Assembly (NCBI GenBank): GCA_052034685.1
Contig: JBPOIH010000002.1
Location: forward strand, 7,738-71,737
Source: Patescibacteria group bacterium
GTDB taxonomy: Bacteria > Patescibacteriota > Saccharimonadia > Saccharimonadales > CAYUUR01
Reading direction: 5' to 3'
DNA: 64,000 nucleotides
Shown: one piece after another, positions 38,097 to 47,707 of the stretch
Layout of the letters: each line of letters opens with the position of its first letter
How positions within the stretch are numbered: position 1 is the stretch's first letter
Notes under the pieces: model-generated
What the model saw: the letters and a program-made list of their open reading frames with translations, nothing else
Told to the model about the DNA's origin: nothing
Database searches by the model: none
Translations under genes and position numbers: made by a program

Positions 38097-39239
38097 ATGG
38101 TACGCCTTCACATCACGTCCTGCAAGCACAAGCTGAGCCGTAAATCACTAATTGACGCTTGGTCTTGGTATACTAAATGCGTGAAGATTATCAAAAACCA
38201 AGATTTATCCCTACTCACCTCATTCCAAACAGGCGGACCGGCCGAGACGTTTATCGTCATTGAGCAAACCAATGACTTACGCCAAGTGCTGACTGATTAT
38301 AAAAAGCCACTTTGGTTGCTGGGTTCTGGGGCAAACACGCTTATTTCTGACCATGGATTACCGGGCACTACGCTGCAGTTTCGTAACGACAAGATTGAGA
38401 TCCGTGAAGAGTCAGACGGCGCGCTGTGCATTGCTGATGCGGGTGTCGACTGGGATGCCTTTGTGCAGGCCACGATTGCTCATGGGTTATGGGGTCTGGA
38501 ATTCACGAGTGGGATTCCTGGCACGGTAGGGGCGGCAGTTGTTGGCAACATTGCGGCTTATGGCCAAGCAGTATCAGACAGATTAGCCTGGGTAGAGGTC
38601 GTGAGTACTAAAGGAGACCCTACAATCACTGAATGCCTGAAGACGCCTGAACTTGGGCTCAAGTATCGCTACTCTGACTTTCAGAACGCTAAGCTTGGTG
38701 ACCGCGTTATCGTCAGAGCCGCCTTTCAGCTTTCAACTAAGCCAACTGGCGACCTGGCATATGCATCTGCGCAAAAGGCTGCAAGCGACCTTGGACTGAG
38801 CACAGACTCACTCGCACATCGGCGAACGATAATTATGGAAGCTCGTAAACGCGCCGGGTCGCTGATTGAGCCAGGCAATACACACAAGACAGCTGGTTCA
38901 TTCTTCCGTAATCCTCATGTCAGCAAAGCACAAGCCGAGCAAATCATCGCTCACGAAGAAAACAACATCAGCATGGAACAAATCATGGGTCAAAACAGCG
39001 CCCATAGCGGTGACGCCTACCGTGTTTCTGCCGCTCATGTATTACTAGCTGCCGGCTTCAAGCGCGGCCAAGCGTGGGGAGCCGTACGCCTTCACCCCGA
39101 CCACATCCTTAAGATTGAAAACACTGGCGGCGCAACTTCTCAGCAAATTTATGATGTAGCTCAGGAAATTATCCGCACTGTTAAAGAGAAGCTCCACATC
39201 GACCTGGAGGCCGAAGTACGTTTCCTTGGCGAATTCTAG
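38097..39239 (+). CDS. murB: UDP-N-acetylenolpyruvoylglucosamine reductase
   Basis: TSFQTGGPAE and LGSGANTLISD. The start is ATG 38097 or GTG 38181; the track's start at 37938 overlaps the divergent gene. Confidence 0.85.
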   Translation: MVRLHITSCKHKLSRKSLIDAWSWYTKCVKIIKNQDLSLLTSFQTGGPAETFIVIEQTNDLRQVLTDYKKPLWLLGSGANTLISDHGLPGTTLQFRNDKIEIREESDGALCIADAGVDWDAFVQATIAHGLWGLEFTSGIPGTVGAAVVGNIAAYGQAVSDRLAWVEVVSTKGDPTITECLKTPELGLKYRYSDFQNAKLGDRVIVRAAFQLSTKPTGDLAYASAQKAASDLGLSTDSLAHRRTIIMEARKRAGSLIEPGNTHKTAGSFFRNPHVSKAQAEQIIAHEENNISMEQIMGQNSAHSGDAYRVSAAHVLLAAGFKRGQAWGAVRLHPDHILKIENTGGATSQQIYDVAQEIIRTVKEKLHIDLEAEVRFLGEF

Positions 39240-39257
39240 CGGGCTCTTGCTAGAAAC

Positions 39258-39797
39258 TTATTGGAGTGCGGATACGACTTGAACAATGACCAGCGACAAT
39301 ACCGTAGATACAGCCAGGTTACCAAGCACTACAAACGCTGGCCTAGCGTTAATACTTGGCTTGAACTGCAGCAGCAAGAACTTACCAGCATTGTAGAAGC
39401 CGCTCACGAGAAACAGTAAAGCGTTACATAACACGTAACCGCGCATGTCCTCACTTGTCTGAGAGGAAATTAACAAAACTAACAATCCGACAACTACCAA
39501 ACCAACTGCAGACAGCATGTACATTCGACGAGTTGCTTGAGCTTGGGCTTTTTTGGACAAGACCCGTTCTTGCCGAGCTGAGAACGCCCCAACTAGCCAG
39601 CAAATCGCACTAGCCGGCAATAACACTGTAACTGCGAACGCTAGTCCGAGCAGTGATATCGATTCCGTCTCTGCAGCGCTACCCGTCAATGTCAGCAACC
39701 ACGAAGCAACCGCTACTATTAGTGCTGCCCAGGCTAATTCCTTGGCACCTTTTGATAGTTTGTTCTCTGGACCGATAGCTTTAGCTTTCATCTTCAC
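39258..39797 (-). CDS. Multi-TM membrane protein
   Basis: Hydrophobic ORF with a 4-nt overlap with glyA. Confidence 0.5.
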   Translation of the reverse strand: MKMKAKAIGPENKLSKGAKELAWAALIVAVASWLLTLTGSAAETESISLLGLAFAVTVLLPASAICWLVGAFSARQERVLSKKAQAQATRRMYMLSAVGLVVVGLLVLLISSQTSEDMRGYVLCNALLFLVSGFYNAGKFLLLQFKPSINARPAFVVLGNLAVSTVLSLVIVQVVSALQ

Positions 39798-41086
39798 TCC
39801 TTGTCGCTGGGCAATGCGTATTGCACTGCAAAAGCGACTACTTCTTGTTTGAGAACATTCAGCGCTTTGGCATCATTGCGCTGCAGAATTGCTTGTTTCA
39901 TCCATTCAGCGACCAAGGCCATGTCATCAGGCTTTAGACCTCTGGTCGTAATTGCTGGCGTACCGATACGCAGACCACTCGGACGGAATGGCGGCAGAGG
40001 ATCATTTGGAATGGCGTTGCAGTTGGCGGTTAGACCAATGCTATCAAGTATATTTTGTGCTTCGCGTCCATCAATCTTATAGCTCGTCATCATGTCGATT
40101 TGGATCAAATGATTGTCTGTCCCATTAGTAACGAGTTTGAAGCCCCGTTTCATCAGCTCATCTGCCAGGCGTTTAGCGTTGTCTAAAACTGTTTGCGCAT
40201 ACACTTTGAATTCTGGCTGCAATGCTTCACCAAATGCGACAGCCTTGCCAGCAATCGTGTGCATATGCGGGCCGCCCTGAAATCCCGGGAAGACTTCGCG
40301 GTCAATCAATGTTGGCAAGTTTTCTACTGTTTTCTCCGGTGCTTTGAGCGGGTTGCCAGCCGTGCCTTTAGTCAAAATAAGACCACCCCGCGGACCCCGT
40401 AAGGTTTTGTGCGTTGTCGTGGTAATAACGTGGAAGCCATGGTCAAATGGGTTTGGCAGCACACCGCCCGCAATCAAACCAGCGATATGCGCCATGTCAG
40501 CCATGAGCACTGCATTGACCTCGCGGCCAATCTCGGCAAACTTAGCATAATCCAAACTACGCGGGAAACCACTGAAACCTGCCAAGATAATCTTTGGCTT
40601 CTCTTTGAGGGCCACAGCGCGCATTTCGTCATAATCAATCTCACCTGTTTCCAGATCTTTGATGCCATAACGAACAAAGTTATACAGTTTGGCGCTACTG
40701 GTAATTGGATGCCCGTGAGTGAGATGACCGCCATGATCCAAACGCATTGCCATAACTGTGTCACCCGGCTCAAGCCATGCTTGATACACGGCTATGTTTG
40801 CAGGAGCGCCGGAATGCGGTTGCACATTAGCATGGTCTGCGCCAAACAACTGCTTTGATCTATCAATTGCAAGTTGCTCAATGAGGTCTGTATTCTCTTG
40901 GCCACCGTAATACCGTCGGCCGGGGTACCCTTCAGAATATTTGTTTGTCAGGATACTACCATTCGCTTTAAGTACATCACGGCTTACATAGTTTTCGCTT
41001 GGGATAAGCTCAAGTCCCTCACGCTGTCGTTTTTCTTCTGCCGCAATTATGTTTGCTACTACTTGGTCTTTCATCATTTTCTCCAT
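39794..41086 (-). CDS. glyA: Serine hydroxymethyltransferase
   Basis: LELIPSENY and TTTTHKTLRGPRGG (PLP lysine motif). Confidence 0.95.
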   Translation of the reverse strand: MEKMMKDQVVANIIAAEEKRQREGLELIPSENYVSRDVLKANGSILTNKYSEGYPGRRYYGGQENTDLIEQLAIDRSKQLFGADHANVQPHSGAPANIAVYQAWLEPGDTVMAMRLDHGGHLTHGHPITSSAKLYNFVRYGIKDLETGEIDYDEMRAVALKEKPKIILAGFSGFPRSLDYAKFAEIGREVNAVLMADMAHIAGLIAGGVLPNPFDHGFHVITTTTHKTLRGPRGGLILTKGTAGNPLKAPEKTVENLPTLIDREVFPGFQGGPHMHTIAGKAVAFGEALQPEFKVYAQTVLDNAKRLADELMKRGFKLVTNGTDNHLIQIDMMTSYKIDGREAQNILDSIGLTANCNAIPNDPLPPFRPSGLRIGTPAITTRGLKPDDMALVAEWMKQAILQRNDAKALNVLKQEVVAFAVQYALPSDKE

Positions 41087-41214
41087 TCACATTGGGTTCG
41101 TAAAAGTCGTTTCTGGAGTAGAACAGCTATATCATGCCTCTATTCTACCCGAAAGTATCAATAGACACACAAAAATGCTTTTCATACACCAGATATGGTA
41201 TATAATTGGGTGCA

Positions 41215-42738
41215 ATGTCTTCGACCAACGAAAAGATTGGCAATCTTATTGCCCAGATACGACAAGAGCGCGGCCTCACGCAAGCTGAGTTCGCCCGTCG
41301 GCTCAAAACCAGTCAGTCAGCCATCAACCGCATAGAGCGTGGTGGCCAAAATCTCAGCCTAGAAACACTTGGCCGTATCAGTGACGTACTTAACAAGCAG
41401 ATTATCAGCCTTGGTGAGGGTGGTATCAACCTGCGCGTCGAAGGCGGGCAAGAACTCCATGGCGAGATTACACTCAAAACCAGCAAAAATGCTGCGGTTG
41501 CCCTTTTGTGCGCGAGCCTTCTAAACTACGGGGTTACCAAGTTCAAGTCCTTCCCGAGGATCGAAGAAGTCTATCGGATAATCGAAGTGCTGGAAAGCAT
41601 TGGCGTTAAGGTTAAGTGGCTCCCTGGCAACGACCTTGAGATTCGTCGCCCTGAGAAGCTGGAAATGGAAAAGATAAACAAAGTCTCAGCCAAAAAAACC
41701 CGCAGTGTTCTTATGTTACTTGGGCCACTCCTGCACGACTTCAAGACCTTTAATATCCCATACGCCGGCGGTTGCAAACTCGGCGAGCGGACAGTAACAC
41801 CGCACTTGTACGCTCTAGAAGAGTTCGGCATGAGCGTCATCGCCAAAACCGGCAGATACGAAGTTACCGTCAATAAACAAACTCCAAAACAACGGATTGT
41901 ACTGTATGAAACTGGTAACACTGTCACCAACAACGCCTTGATGGCAGCAGCACGAACAAATGGTACGACGACTATTCAAGCAGCAAGCGCTGACTACATG
42001 GTTCAGGACCTCTGCTTATTCCTGCAAAAGCTCGGTGTTAAGGTTAACGGCTTTGGCTCGTCAGTACTCGAAATAACTGGCGTCCCTCACATCAAAAAGA
42101 ACGTTACCTTTGCCCCTACCGAAGACCCTATTGAAGCTATGTTCTTTATATCTACCGCTGTCACAACAAATTCCAAGCTGACTATTCGGCGCGTGCCAAT
42201 TGATTGGATTGGCCTGGAACTGTTCAAGCTTAAAACCATGGGTTTGCAGTTTAAGATCGGCGAGCAATATAAAGCAACCAATGGTGTTATTAACCTGGCA
42301 GATATTGTCATCCAAAAGCATGACGGCACATTACAGGCGCCTGCTGATAAGCTTCATCCTAATCTCTGGCCAGGCATCAACCCTGACTGCATACCGTACT
42401 TTGTGCCAATTGTAGCCGTTGCCAAAGGCCGAACGCTCATCCACGACTGGATGTTTGAAAACCGCGCTATTTATTACACAGAGATGTCAAAGATTGGCGT
42501 CAACATAGAACTGGCAGACCCACACCGCGTGTACATTAATGGTCCGACTAAATTCACCCATGCTGATGTTGTCTCGCCACCTGCACTTCGACCCGCCAGC
42601 TTACTCCTCATTGGCATGCTCGCAGCCGAAGGGACTTCGATGCTGCGCAATGTATATACCATCAACCGAGGCTACGAAGACCTGGCGGAACGCCTTAATT
42701 CACTTGGCGCTAAGATTACCGTCCTACACGAACTGTAG
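41215..42738 (+). CDS. murA: UDP-N-acetylglucosamine 1-carboxyvinyltransferase with an N-terminal XRE-type HTH domain
   Basis: aa 1-65 (IGNLIAQIRQERGLTQAEFARRLKTSQSAINRIERG) form an HTH. The rest is MurA (GEITLKTSKNAA, YAGGCKLGERTV). Confidence 0.9.
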   Translation: MSSTNEKIGNLIAQIRQERGLTQAEFARRLKTSQSAINRIERGGQNLSLETLGRISDVLNKQIISLGEGGINLRVEGGQELHGEITLKTSKNAAVALLCASLLNYGVTKFKSFPRIEEVYRIIEVLESIGVKVKWLPGNDLEIRRPEKLEMEKINKVSAKKTRSVLMLLGPLLHDFKTFNIPYAGGCKLGERTVTPHLYALEEFGMSVIAKTGRYEVTVNKQTPKQRIVLYETGNTVTNNALMAAARTNGTTTIQAASADYMVQDLCLFLQKLGVKVNGFGSSVLEITGVPHIKKNVTFAPTEDPIEAMFFISTAVTTNSKLTIRRVPIDWIGLELFKLKTMGLQFKIGEQYKATNGVINLADIVIQKHDGTLQAPADKLHPNLWPGINPDCIPYFVPIVAVAKGRTLIHDWMFENRAIYYTEMSKIGVNIELADPHRVYINGPTKFTHADVVSPPALRPASLLLIGMLAAEGTSMLRNVYTINRGYEDLAERLNSLGAKITVLHEL

Positions 42739-44056
42739 ATCGCCAGTTTGGTCGCAGTAAATGCCCGATGTCACGACGGTATTGCATGCCGTCAAAATGC
42801 ACACCGTCTGAGCCAATCGCTGCATATGCTTTGGCGGCTGCTTCGTCCAGAGTTTCAGCCAGTGCTGTCACATACGCCACTCGACCACCACTTGCACGTA
42901 AGTCTAAACCATCGATTGTTACCCCAGCAAACTGCAACAGAATGTCGGCAGGCACACGATCAAGTCCATAGATGTGCTGAGATTCTGGGGAGACTCCAAC
43001 TGGGTAGCCCGCCCGTGCCAGCGCCACAGTAATTGCCGCTCGTGAACTCCGTGTCATATCACGCGGCAGTGTTAGTTCGCCATGCGCAGCCGCAAGATGC
43101 ATCTGCAGAACATCGACTCCTCCGGCACTAAGGACTGGCATTTGTACTTGCGTTTCTGGGTCACCCCATCGGGCATTAAACTCAAACACTGCTGGGTCAC
43201 CACCAAGTTCTTCTGCCAACATAATGCCTGCGTACAGTACACCCGCGTAGCCTGTGCCGTCAGTCTGCATACCCCTAACGATTTGATCAGCGATGCCCAT
43301 GAGTTTCTTGCGCTGACGATCACTCAGTAATTCATCGATCGGCAGGTAGGCTCCCATACCGCCGGTATTTAATCCCTTATCGTCTTCGCCGATCCGCTTA
43401 TGATCTTGCACAAATGGCAATACGCTATAGCCACCATTTCCATCCATCACGATAAACATCGAGACTTCCGGTCCGTGGAAACGCTCCTGGATAACTACTC
43501 GCTCTAGGCCACCCCCGGCATAAGCGCCATCAACCATAAGTTTATGTAGTTCTCGGCGGGATTCCTCTTCTGTTTTGGGCAAAATAACACCCTTGCCATC
43601 AGCCAGGCCATCGGCTTTTATCACATAAGATTCTGGATCACGTCCGCTGATTGCGTCAATCGCGCTATCAATATCCTCAACTATCCAATGTTTCGGTTTG
43701 GCAATTTTATGCCGTTCGCAAAAGTCGGCTCCGTATGCCTTGCTGGTTTCGTGCTTTGCAGACGTTGCATCAGGACCAAATGCTATAATGCCTTCTTTGG
43801 CGAGCGCACCGATAAAGTCACGTTCAAGTTGACGCTCTGAACTCACAACTGCCAGGTCTGCCTCTAATTCGTAAGCCAGGTGCGCAAATGCTTCTGGCGT
43901 GTTTGAAATATCATGCGACAGCGCATCAAGGTATGGATGCTGCATCGCACCATTGGCATATGCATAGTGCACTTCTGGGGCTAGATCAGACCCCAAGAAA
44001 GATCGGCCCAGTTCAAACTCACGACCCCCGGACCCTGCAATAAGTACCCTCGTCAT
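42716..44056 (-). CDS. purD: Phosphoribosylamine--glycine ligase
   Basis: VLIAGSGGRE, DHKRIGEDDKGLNTGGMGAY and FNARWGDPETQ. ATG 44056. Confidence 0.9.
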   Translation of the reverse strand: MTRVLIAGSGGREFELGRSFLGSDLAPEVHYAYANGAMQHPYLDALSHDISNTPEAFAHLAYELEADLAVVSSERQLERDFIGALAKEGIIAFGPDATSAKHETSKAYGADFCERHKIAKPKHWIVEDIDSAIDAISGRDPESYVIKADGLADGKGVILPKTEEESRRELHKLMVDGAYAGGGLERVVIQERFHGPEVSMFIVMDGNGGYSVLPFVQDHKRIGEDDKGLNTGGMGAYLPIDELLSDRQRKKLMGIADQIVRGMQTDGTGYAGVLYAGIMLAEELGGDPAVFEFNARWGDPETQVQMPVLSAGGVDVLQMHLAAAHGELTLPRDMTRSSRAAITVALARAGYPVGVSPESQHIYGLDRVPADILLQFAGVTIDGLDLRASGGRVAYVTALAETLDEAAAKAYAAIGSDGVHFDGMQYRRDIGHLLRPNWRSTVRVGR

Positions 44057-44253
44057 TACACATATTGTACTAGTTACTTGCCGAGCGCACAAAGAATCAG
44101 TTATAAAAACAGGTTTATTTTACGGAAATCTACGGGAATGACACGCCGAGTTTGTATAATTTCGCGCACATGGTTAATTTGTTACTTTAGATTATAATGC
44201 CCCCTATGAATAGCCTAGGACTTCCTTCATTCTCAAAGGCATGGAGTTAGCAA

Positions 44254-44895
44254 ATGAACCCAGCACTTAACCCGGCCGAAATTGCAGGTGGTAAACTTAC
44301 TTTCTCTCAGCACGTTATTGCGCCTGAACATAATTACCTTCAAGATGCCTATAATCCACTTTTAGCAGTTGCCTTTAATGGTTTTTCTGCATCTTGCATG
44401 GATTACTATCGTCATGCGTCAGAGACGAATCCTCAGGCAGTCATGCACGTTGAACCAAAACCTGTTGATATCAAACCAGGCACAATATCCTTCATGGTTG
44501 CTTGGGGCAGAAAAACAGAATTACCACACCCGCGCGCCCACAAGATACCCGAATACTTCGGGAAGAAAGTTATTAAATACGCCCTGGCACGCTCAAAGAC
44601 TCAGGAAACAGAACTGTTAGATGCTAAAGGATTCGTAGGTCGTGCTCGATTAGTCGATGGCATTCCTGAAGTAACCGTTGCGGTGGGTCAAGTCGGAGTA
44701 AGCTCATTGTTAACGCGATCTTACTCGATTGCAACGCCAGCGCTGGCAGAAATGTCAGTTGTCGAGATTGACTCCGATGTAAAGGCTTGCCGACCACTAC
44801 GATTTCATGAAGGGATCAAGTGGCATCCGAATAATGGATACATTGGTGTTGAATATTACCCGGATGATGAGCTGAGGGCTTTGAGGCAGATTTAG
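44254..44895 (+). CDS. Hypothetical protein (213 aa)
   Basis: ORF only. Confidence 0.45.
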   Translation: MNPALNPAEIAGGKLTFSQHVIAPEHNYLQDAYNPLLAVAFNGFSASCMDYYRHASETNPQAVMHVEPKPVDIKPGTISFMVAWGRKTELPHPRAHKIPEYFGKKVIKYALARSKTQETELLDAKGFVGRARLVDGIPEVTVAVGQVGVSSLLTRSYSIATPALAEMSVVEIDSDVKACRPLRFHEGIKWHPNNGYIGVEYYPDDELRALRQI

Positions 44896-44957
44896 AGTAG
44901 CGCTATGGGGCAACGGTGCTGCGCCACTTACTCGAAGCGAGCTTCTGCGTGAGGTTT

Positions 44958-45080
44958 ATGGGGATCGGTCACGTTCCGCGACCCCGAAACTTCATCTTTG
45001 AAAACAAGTTTTCAAGAGAAGGTTTCCTTGCAAAATGCCATCAGGCATTTTTCACCCACGACAGTCGTGGGTTCGTTCAC
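44958..45080 (-). repeat. tRNA-linked structured element E3 (family B), downstream of tRNA-His
   Basis: Five hairpins whose arms covary with the copy at 48321..48470. It ends with GATCCCCAT, identical to the tRNA-His T-loop/T-stem 3' part. Confidence 0.65.
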
Positions 45081-45087
45081 TATTCAG

Positions 45088-45131
45088 CCCCAAATAAAAA
45101 CGACCCCATTTGGGATCATTTTTATTTGGGG
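45088..45131. terminator. Long inverted repeat abutting the tRNA-His 3' end
   Basis: ccccaaataaaaa...tttttatttgggg. Confidence 0.5.
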
Positions 45132-45204
45132 CGAGCTATGGGGATCGAACCCACGACCTCCGGAACCACAACCCGGCGCTCTAACCAACTGAGCTAAGCC
45201 CGCC
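45127..45204 (-). tRNA. tRNA-His(GTG) with encoded G-1 and CCA
   Basis: Hand-folded: G-1 opposite C73, anticodon loop TTGTGGT, T-arm GTGGG-TTCGATC-CCCAT. Confidence 0.9.
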
Positions 45205-45290
45205 ATAAATAACAGAGGTGATTATATACCAAAACCACTCCTTAAACAAACGTATTTGTCACATGCGTTCAGCAATACTCAGGTAGTTCT

Positions 45291-45797
45291 TTATGTTTTA
45301 CTTGGTGTGATTGTGCCAGCGCGGAGCTCGTCACGGAGTTTCATCCAGATTTTGCCAAGCTCATTACGGCCATTACGTTTTGGTCCCCAGCCCCAGAAGT
45401 CATCCTTTGGAGAATCCTCAATGATGTCGAGGTCACCACTAAGTGATAACTTTTCTAGTACATACGGGTTTTGGGCTAGCTTGAGCTTGCAGATTTCATA
45501 CATGACGCCGACCTTCACTTCTTCCCAGTTTTTTGGCGCCTTGTCTGCATTTGCCTTTGCAATCTTATAGGCATCGTGAGCCGAACGTGCCTCAAAGATT
45601 GCTTCTACCAGTTCTGGAGCGGTCTCAAAGAAATGCGAGGCTTGATAAGCGTGCTCTGATGTCGGCCAACGCCGCCCCTTGTAGTCGACCTGGAATGACG
45701 AGAAGTTATCAAAGATATAAAACTCACGTGGGTAGAACCCAATTATATTACCGGAAGTGTCTAGTTGTGGATCACGAAATTGCACAGGTCTTTTCAT
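45291..45797 (-). CDS. NADAR (YbiA/DUF1768) family protein
   Basis: FYIFDNFSSFQVDYKGRRWPTSEHAYQA pattern. Confidence 0.8.
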   Translation of the reverse strand: MKRPVQFRDPQLDTSGNIIGFYPREFYIFDNFSSFQVDYKGRRWPTSEHAYQASHFFETAPELVEAIFEARSAHDAYKIAKANADKAPKNWEEVKVGVMYEICKLKLAQNPYVLEKLSLSGDLDIIEDSPKDDFWGWGPKRNGRNELGKIWMKLRDELRAGTITPSKT

Positions 45798-45824
45798 GTC
45801 TATATGATAGCACTGGCAGTAGCG

Positions 45825-46484
45825 TTAAATCGTGTATTTTTTATCCATAAAGAACAAGCCTGGCTTTTGTAATTCTCTAGCCAAATCAGGCATACTCGGT
45901 ATCATCTCTACTGAATTAAAGTCCGGTCTTGTCAACCATAGATTCTCCCCATGATTGTCTTTTTCTTGTAAAACCCCCGACGTATTTGTTACTTCTAGCA
46001 TGGTAAAGTGCGAATACGCCACCAGGCCATTTTCATCCTCTATTTGAACATATCCGGACCCTTTCACTGACATGTCACCTTTCAGACCTGTTCTATATCG
46101 CAGTATCCTATCGCCAGCTTGGCTTATCGTCTCACCCGCCTCTGGCTCGCCATGCATAAAACCAACTCTGCCAAATAGTGGCTGCACGAGTCGTTTCCTG
46201 ACCAGCCAGCGGTCTCCATCACGAATGCTCAATAGTATTATGGAATGTGCTTGGGCGAGCAAATTTTGGGGTCGTACTGCACCGTTAATACCGTAAAGCT
46301 TTCCGTTGTTGGTTAAAGTATACTCACCCTTATCTTTTGTAATGAGTTTTTGCTTGATGAGATTGTTCAGGTGATAGGTAAAAACATTGCCTTCGATATT
46401 CGCCGGCTTAAGCCTCGAGTACGTTAGTGACTCGCTCTCAACAAGGTCTGAAATAATTTTCCTCTGAATGTGATGCTCAATCAT
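45825..46484 (-). CDS. Winged-helix DNA-binding protein with a Nudix-fold-like C-terminal domain (no Nudix box seen)
   Basis: N-terminal IISDLVESESLTYSRLKPANIEGNVFTYHLNNLIKQKLI is wHTH-like. Confidence 0.5.
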   Translation of the reverse strand: MIEHHIQRKIISDLVESESLTYSRLKPANIEGNVFTYHLNNLIKQKLITKDKGEYTLTNNGKLYGINGAVRPQNLLAQAHSIILLSIRDGDRWLVRKRLVQPLFGRVGFMHGEPEAGETISQAGDRILRYRTGLKGDMSVKGSGYVQIEDENGLVAYSHFTMLEVTNTSGVLQEKDNHGENLWLTRPDFNSVEMIPSMPDLARELQKPGLFFMDKKYTI

Positions 46485-46553
46485 TACTCAATTTTATTCG
46501 ACTAGATGCAAACTTCCTAGTGTTTCATAGTGAACCCACAGGAGGAAAGAACT

Positions 46554-47663
46554 ATGAAACACGAACAAGCGACTGATTACAGCGAGACAATTAACCTAAA
46601 CGATCCTATTACAGAATTACTGCCACGCTATTATGAAGTGCACGGCACAAACCCAACGTACGAAATAGAAGAAAGTATGTTGCTCGATGGGCATGAAGTT
46701 GCCTGGATGCGCTACACTGGCGAAATCACTTACGACATTATGCAGCAAGGCCGCGAAGGTAACGCATATGAAGGTCACTCCTTGCATTGTGCCTGTCATT
46801 TCATGGAAGGGGTGGGCTGGGAAGAAAACGAGCGTGGGCCAATTGGACTATCAGGTGGTGACGGTTGTGAGAAAAAAGCTGCCGTAGTTGCTCTCCAGCA
46901 GCTACGGCTCCATGATGAATACAAGGCCTCAGGCATACTTGATGATCTGGACACAGAGGGCGTAAAGCATGTCTTGCTCGACCTTATCGAAAAGCACAAA
47001 GCAGGTGTTTTTTTTGAGGCACATAACGGAGCGGAATTTTGGGGTGGACATTACTACTTGCAAACTGCAGCAACAATTATGGGCATACCGTTTCGAGAAG
47101 TTTGGCCAGGACTTCGACAACTCTGCGCAGAAAAACGTGTTGACCTAGAAGGCATGGTCGTTCAGGAATACCGTCAACCTGCCCAACCACAAAACTACGA
47201 AACCGATGACCTACCCCAACCAGCCATTCATCACGAAAAACCCGACAAAGTATGGGCGTTGGTACCACAACCTGGTCAGACGCTTGATCTAGAAACAACT
47301 GAGATCGAAGCAAAGAATCGTTGGTCAGTCATCGGACGATGCGTCAGCGGCCTAGCGCATGAGCCGGCACTTGCACAGCGTCGTCTGGAAGAGGCCCTTT
47401 TACATCCCCGCGTCAGTAACGACCGGCTGTATCAAATGAGCTTTGTAGAACCAGATCACCATGCAGGTGCGCTAGCAGTGGTTGCCTACACTGCGCGTAA
47501 TAGTAACCAACCAGAAGAATGGGTCGTTGAAGGCTTCGTAGGTGATGCGGTTGTTCCAGAAGTTCACACTTTAGAAATGCATCACCCAACTATCTTTGGT
47601 ATCGATGCCGAAGATCATGCAATGATCAATCAAAAGATAGAAGAATGGTGGCCACAAGCCTGA
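46554..47663 (+). CDS. Hypothetical protein (369 aa)
   Basis: AGGAGG lies 8 nt upstream of ATG 46554. Confidence 0.5.
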   Translation: MKHEQATDYSETINLNDPITELLPRYYEVHGTNPTYEIEESMLLDGHEVAWMRYTGEITYDIMQQGREGNAYEGHSLHCACHFMEGVGWEENERGPIGLSGGDGCEKKAAVVALQQLRLHDEYKASGILDDLDTEGVKHVLLDLIEKHKAGVFFEAHNGAEFWGGHYYLQTAATIMGIPFREVWPGLRQLCAEKRVDLEGMVVQEYRQPAQPQNYETDDLPQPAIHHEKPDKVWALVPQPGQTLDLETTEIEAKNRWSVIGRCVSGLAHEPALAQRRLEEALLHPRVSNDRLYQMSFVEPDHHAGALAVVAYTARNSNQPEEWVVEGFVGDAVVPEVHTLEMHHPTIFGIDAEDHAMINQKIEEWWPQA

Positions 47664-47707
47664 GCCGATACGCATACTTACCAAACAAATTATTGCACAG
47701 ATTAAAA

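Noticed and set aside
42716-42738. A 23-nt convergent overlap of the murA and purD 3' ends, considered as a possible mis-annotation
   Set aside because: Both C-termini align with family-typical endings. Short convergent overlaps are common in compact genomes, so this is not treated as anomalous.
44916-45197. Track ORFs 44916..45197 and 44998..45192
   Set aside because: They run through element E3, a long inverted repeat and tRNA-His on the opposite strand, so they are not coding.
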